From an uncultured delta proteobacterium (lineage in GTDB: Bacteria > Desulfobacterota > Binatia > UBA9968), in NCBI GenBank assembly GCA_963840855.1, contig CAWJBB010000030.1:96001-160000 (forward strand): a stretch of 64,000 nt of DNA, written 5' to 3'. Positions within the stretch are counted from its first letter, which is position 1; every line of letters starts with the position of its first letter. Below are positions 62,364-64,000 of this stretch, in pieces. The notes beneath the pieces are model-generated. The model was not told the origin of the DNA. It saw only the letters and a list, made by a program, of their open reading frames with translations, and did not search any database. Made by a program: the position numbers and the translations under genes.

Positions 62364-63854
62364 ATGGACTCCAACAAAAGTCCGAAAAGGACCAAATTAA
62401 TAATTGGGTTACTGATACTCCTCGTCCTCGGCGGCATCATCGGCTACGTCGCCTGGGACCGCGGATTTCGCGAACACCCGCAGCCCGCCTGGATGACGCA
62501 GGATGACGCCACACGCTTCATGTATGGCTCCATAGGAGCGGAGCATGACGTGGGCATCCCCTATTGGATATTTTACGTATTGCCCCGGATGTTTCCCGAA
62601 AAATTTCCCGGCAATGGCGGTTATGCGTCGCTCGGAATTCCTTGGGAAGAAGGGCAGGAGCTGCCCATCGGTTTTACCAAGAAGACCATCGGCTTTCCGC
62701 GCGTCGCTAACAATTGTGCGGCTTGTCACACCGCGAAATACCGCACGGCGGTGGATGCAAAACCGGTTTTCGTGCCCCTCGGGCCGGGCCATACCAACAA
62801 CGTCCAGGGCTTCATGCGCCTCATTATCGATTGCGCCAAAGACCCGCGCTTCAATGGCAAAAACATTCTTTTTTACATCTCGTTGCACACCAAGCTCGAT
62901 TGGATCGACACATTCCTCTACAGATTCATCATCATCCCGCAAACTAAAAAGGTCTTGTTGGCACGCGAGCGGCAGTTTCAATGGATCTATAACAAAGCCT
63001 ATCCGGACTGGGGCCGGGGGCGAGACGACGCGATGAATTTGACCAAGTATTTTATGATCGCGATCGATCCGCCGGACGACGGCACCTTCGGTCCCACCGA
63101 CTTTCCTTCTATCTGGAACCTCAAGAAGTACGATTCCAAAGAGGGCGACAAAAATCCTCAACGGCTCAATCTCGGAGGCGATACATGGGATGCCTATTCA
63201 GTAATAATGGATTCCGCCCTCGGGCTGCTTGGCGCCGCGCCCCATGACAAGGAGGAATTCATCGGGCATGTGAAGTGGATCACGGACTACGCGAAACGGA
63301 CTCCGCCTCCTAAGTTCCCGTTTCCGATCGACGAGAACAAGGCCAAGGCCGGCAAGGCGGTGTTCGATCAGCACTGCGCTTCCTGCCACGCCGAGGAAAG
63401 TGGCAAGGTGGGACGCCCGTTGCCACTGGCGGAGGTGGGCACTAACAAAGACCGTCTGGATACCTGGGGCAAGAAGTACGCGATTGAGTCCAATAAGGTC
63501 GTCAAAAATTTTGGCATCGAACGGCGCGGGTTGGTCGAAGAGGACTCGCCCGGTTACAACGTTCCTCACCTGGACGGGATCTGGCTGCGGGCGCCCTACC
63601 TACATAATGGCTCCGTGCCGAGCTTGCGCGACCTGCTGAATCCGCCCGCGGAGCGGCCGCGCCTATTCTATCGTGGCTACGATCTTTACGACCCGAAAGA
63701 CGTCGGCTTTGTCACCCAGGGCGACGAGGCAAAAAAGGTCGGCACTCCGCACGACGTCAGCCGGAAGGGCAACGGCAACGAAGGCCATCTGTTCGGCACG
63801 AACCTGCCGAGTAAAGATAAAGAAAACTTGCTCGAGTACATGAAGACATTGTGA
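62364..63854 (+). CDS. Membrane-anchored di-heme c cytochrome, paralog of the upstream gene
   Basis: N-terminal TM, FMYGSIG, CAACH and CASCH, LDGIW..APYLHNGSVPSL, GNGNEGH. Confidence 0.82.
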   Translation: MDSNKSPKRTKLIIGLLILLVLGGIIGYVAWDRGFREHPQPAWMTQDDATRFMYGSIGAEHDVGIPYWIFYVLPRMFPEKFPGNGGYASLGIPWEEGQELPIGFTKKTIGFPRVANNCAACHTAKYRTAVDAKPVFVPLGPGHTNNVQGFMRLIIDCAKDPRFNGKNILFYISLHTKLDWIDTFLYRFIIIPQTKKVLLARERQFQWIYNKAYPDWGRGRDDAMNLTKYFMIAIDPPDDGTFGPTDFPSIWNLKKYDSKEGDKNPQRLNLGGDTWDAYSVIMDSALGLLGAAPHDKEEFIGHVKWITDYAKRTPPPKFPFPIDENKAKAGKAVFDQHCASCHAEESGKVGRPLPLAEVGTNKDRLDTWGKKYAIESNKVVKNFGIERRGLVEEDSPGYNVPHLDGIWLRAPYLHNGSVPSLRDLLNPPAERPRLFYRGYDLYDPKDVGFVTQGDEAKKVGTPHDVSRKGNGNEGHLFGTNLPSKDKENLLEYMKTL

Positions 63855-63868
63855 CCTTTTTGATCTTT

Positions 63869-63957
63869 GTTCAAATCGTTCAATACGTTCAAGCTGTTCA
63901 ACGAACCCATTTCGCTCGGACGGCTTGAACGATTTGAGCGGCTTGAACTACTTGAAC
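63869..63957. repeat. Hairpin of inverted 9-nt tandem repeats
   Basis: GTTCAAATC GTTCAATAC GTTCAAGCT GTTCAA ... GGCTTGAAC GATTTGAGC GGCTTGAAC TACTTGAAC. Confidence 0.8.
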
Positions 63958-64000
63958 AGGCTGCGTGCAGCATTATATGCGCATCAGTCGAGTGAGAATG

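Overview
A GC-rich bacterial chromosomal window. The style of the proteins suggests a deltaproteobacterial lineage such as Ca. Binatia (inference only). Many genes are split by single-base indels, which look like uncorrected long-read errors. From left to right: (1) a MarR / CCG-type Fe-S oxidoreductase / nucleoside phosphorylase unit, an MBL hydrolase, a protease cluster (M48-TPR, a truncated Lon-like ATPase, HtrA), and an SDR with two acyl-CoA dehydrogenases, one resembling non-decarboxylating glutaryl-CoA dehydrogenase. (2) A ~15 kb minus-strand cobamide uptake, salvage and remodelling locus (tonB, btuB, DUF4430, pduO-like, cbiP, cbiZ, cbiB, cobD, cobU, cobT, cobS, btuFCD) with two cobalamin riboswitches and a second, degenerate cobS-like gene. 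(3) A housekeeping block: gyrB-gyrA-gpsA-rpmH-rnpA-yidD-yidC-jag-ispG-proS-pyrF, with thiD convergent. (4) An accessory region with an RRM protein, a TIR-TM-FGE fusion, a decayed ligD, ku coupled to a MerR-HTH/TPR gene, a truncated DDE insertion sequence, a GAPDH paired with a Cys-less GAPDH paralog, several hydrolases, a solute-binding protein and two tandem RoxA/MauG-like di-heme cytochromes. The most unusual signals are: intergenic hairpins built from 7- or 9-nt tandem repeats, one of which sits inside the conserved L4 loop of a B12 riboswitch; the Ku-coupled HTH-TPR protein with a possible clamp-binding motif; a receptor-like TIR-TM-FGE protein; and several apparent pseudoenzymes (GAPDH-, CobS- and PduO-like). 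I saw no rRNA, tRNA or CRISPR array. All family assignments come from motifs I recognised by eye, not from database searches.
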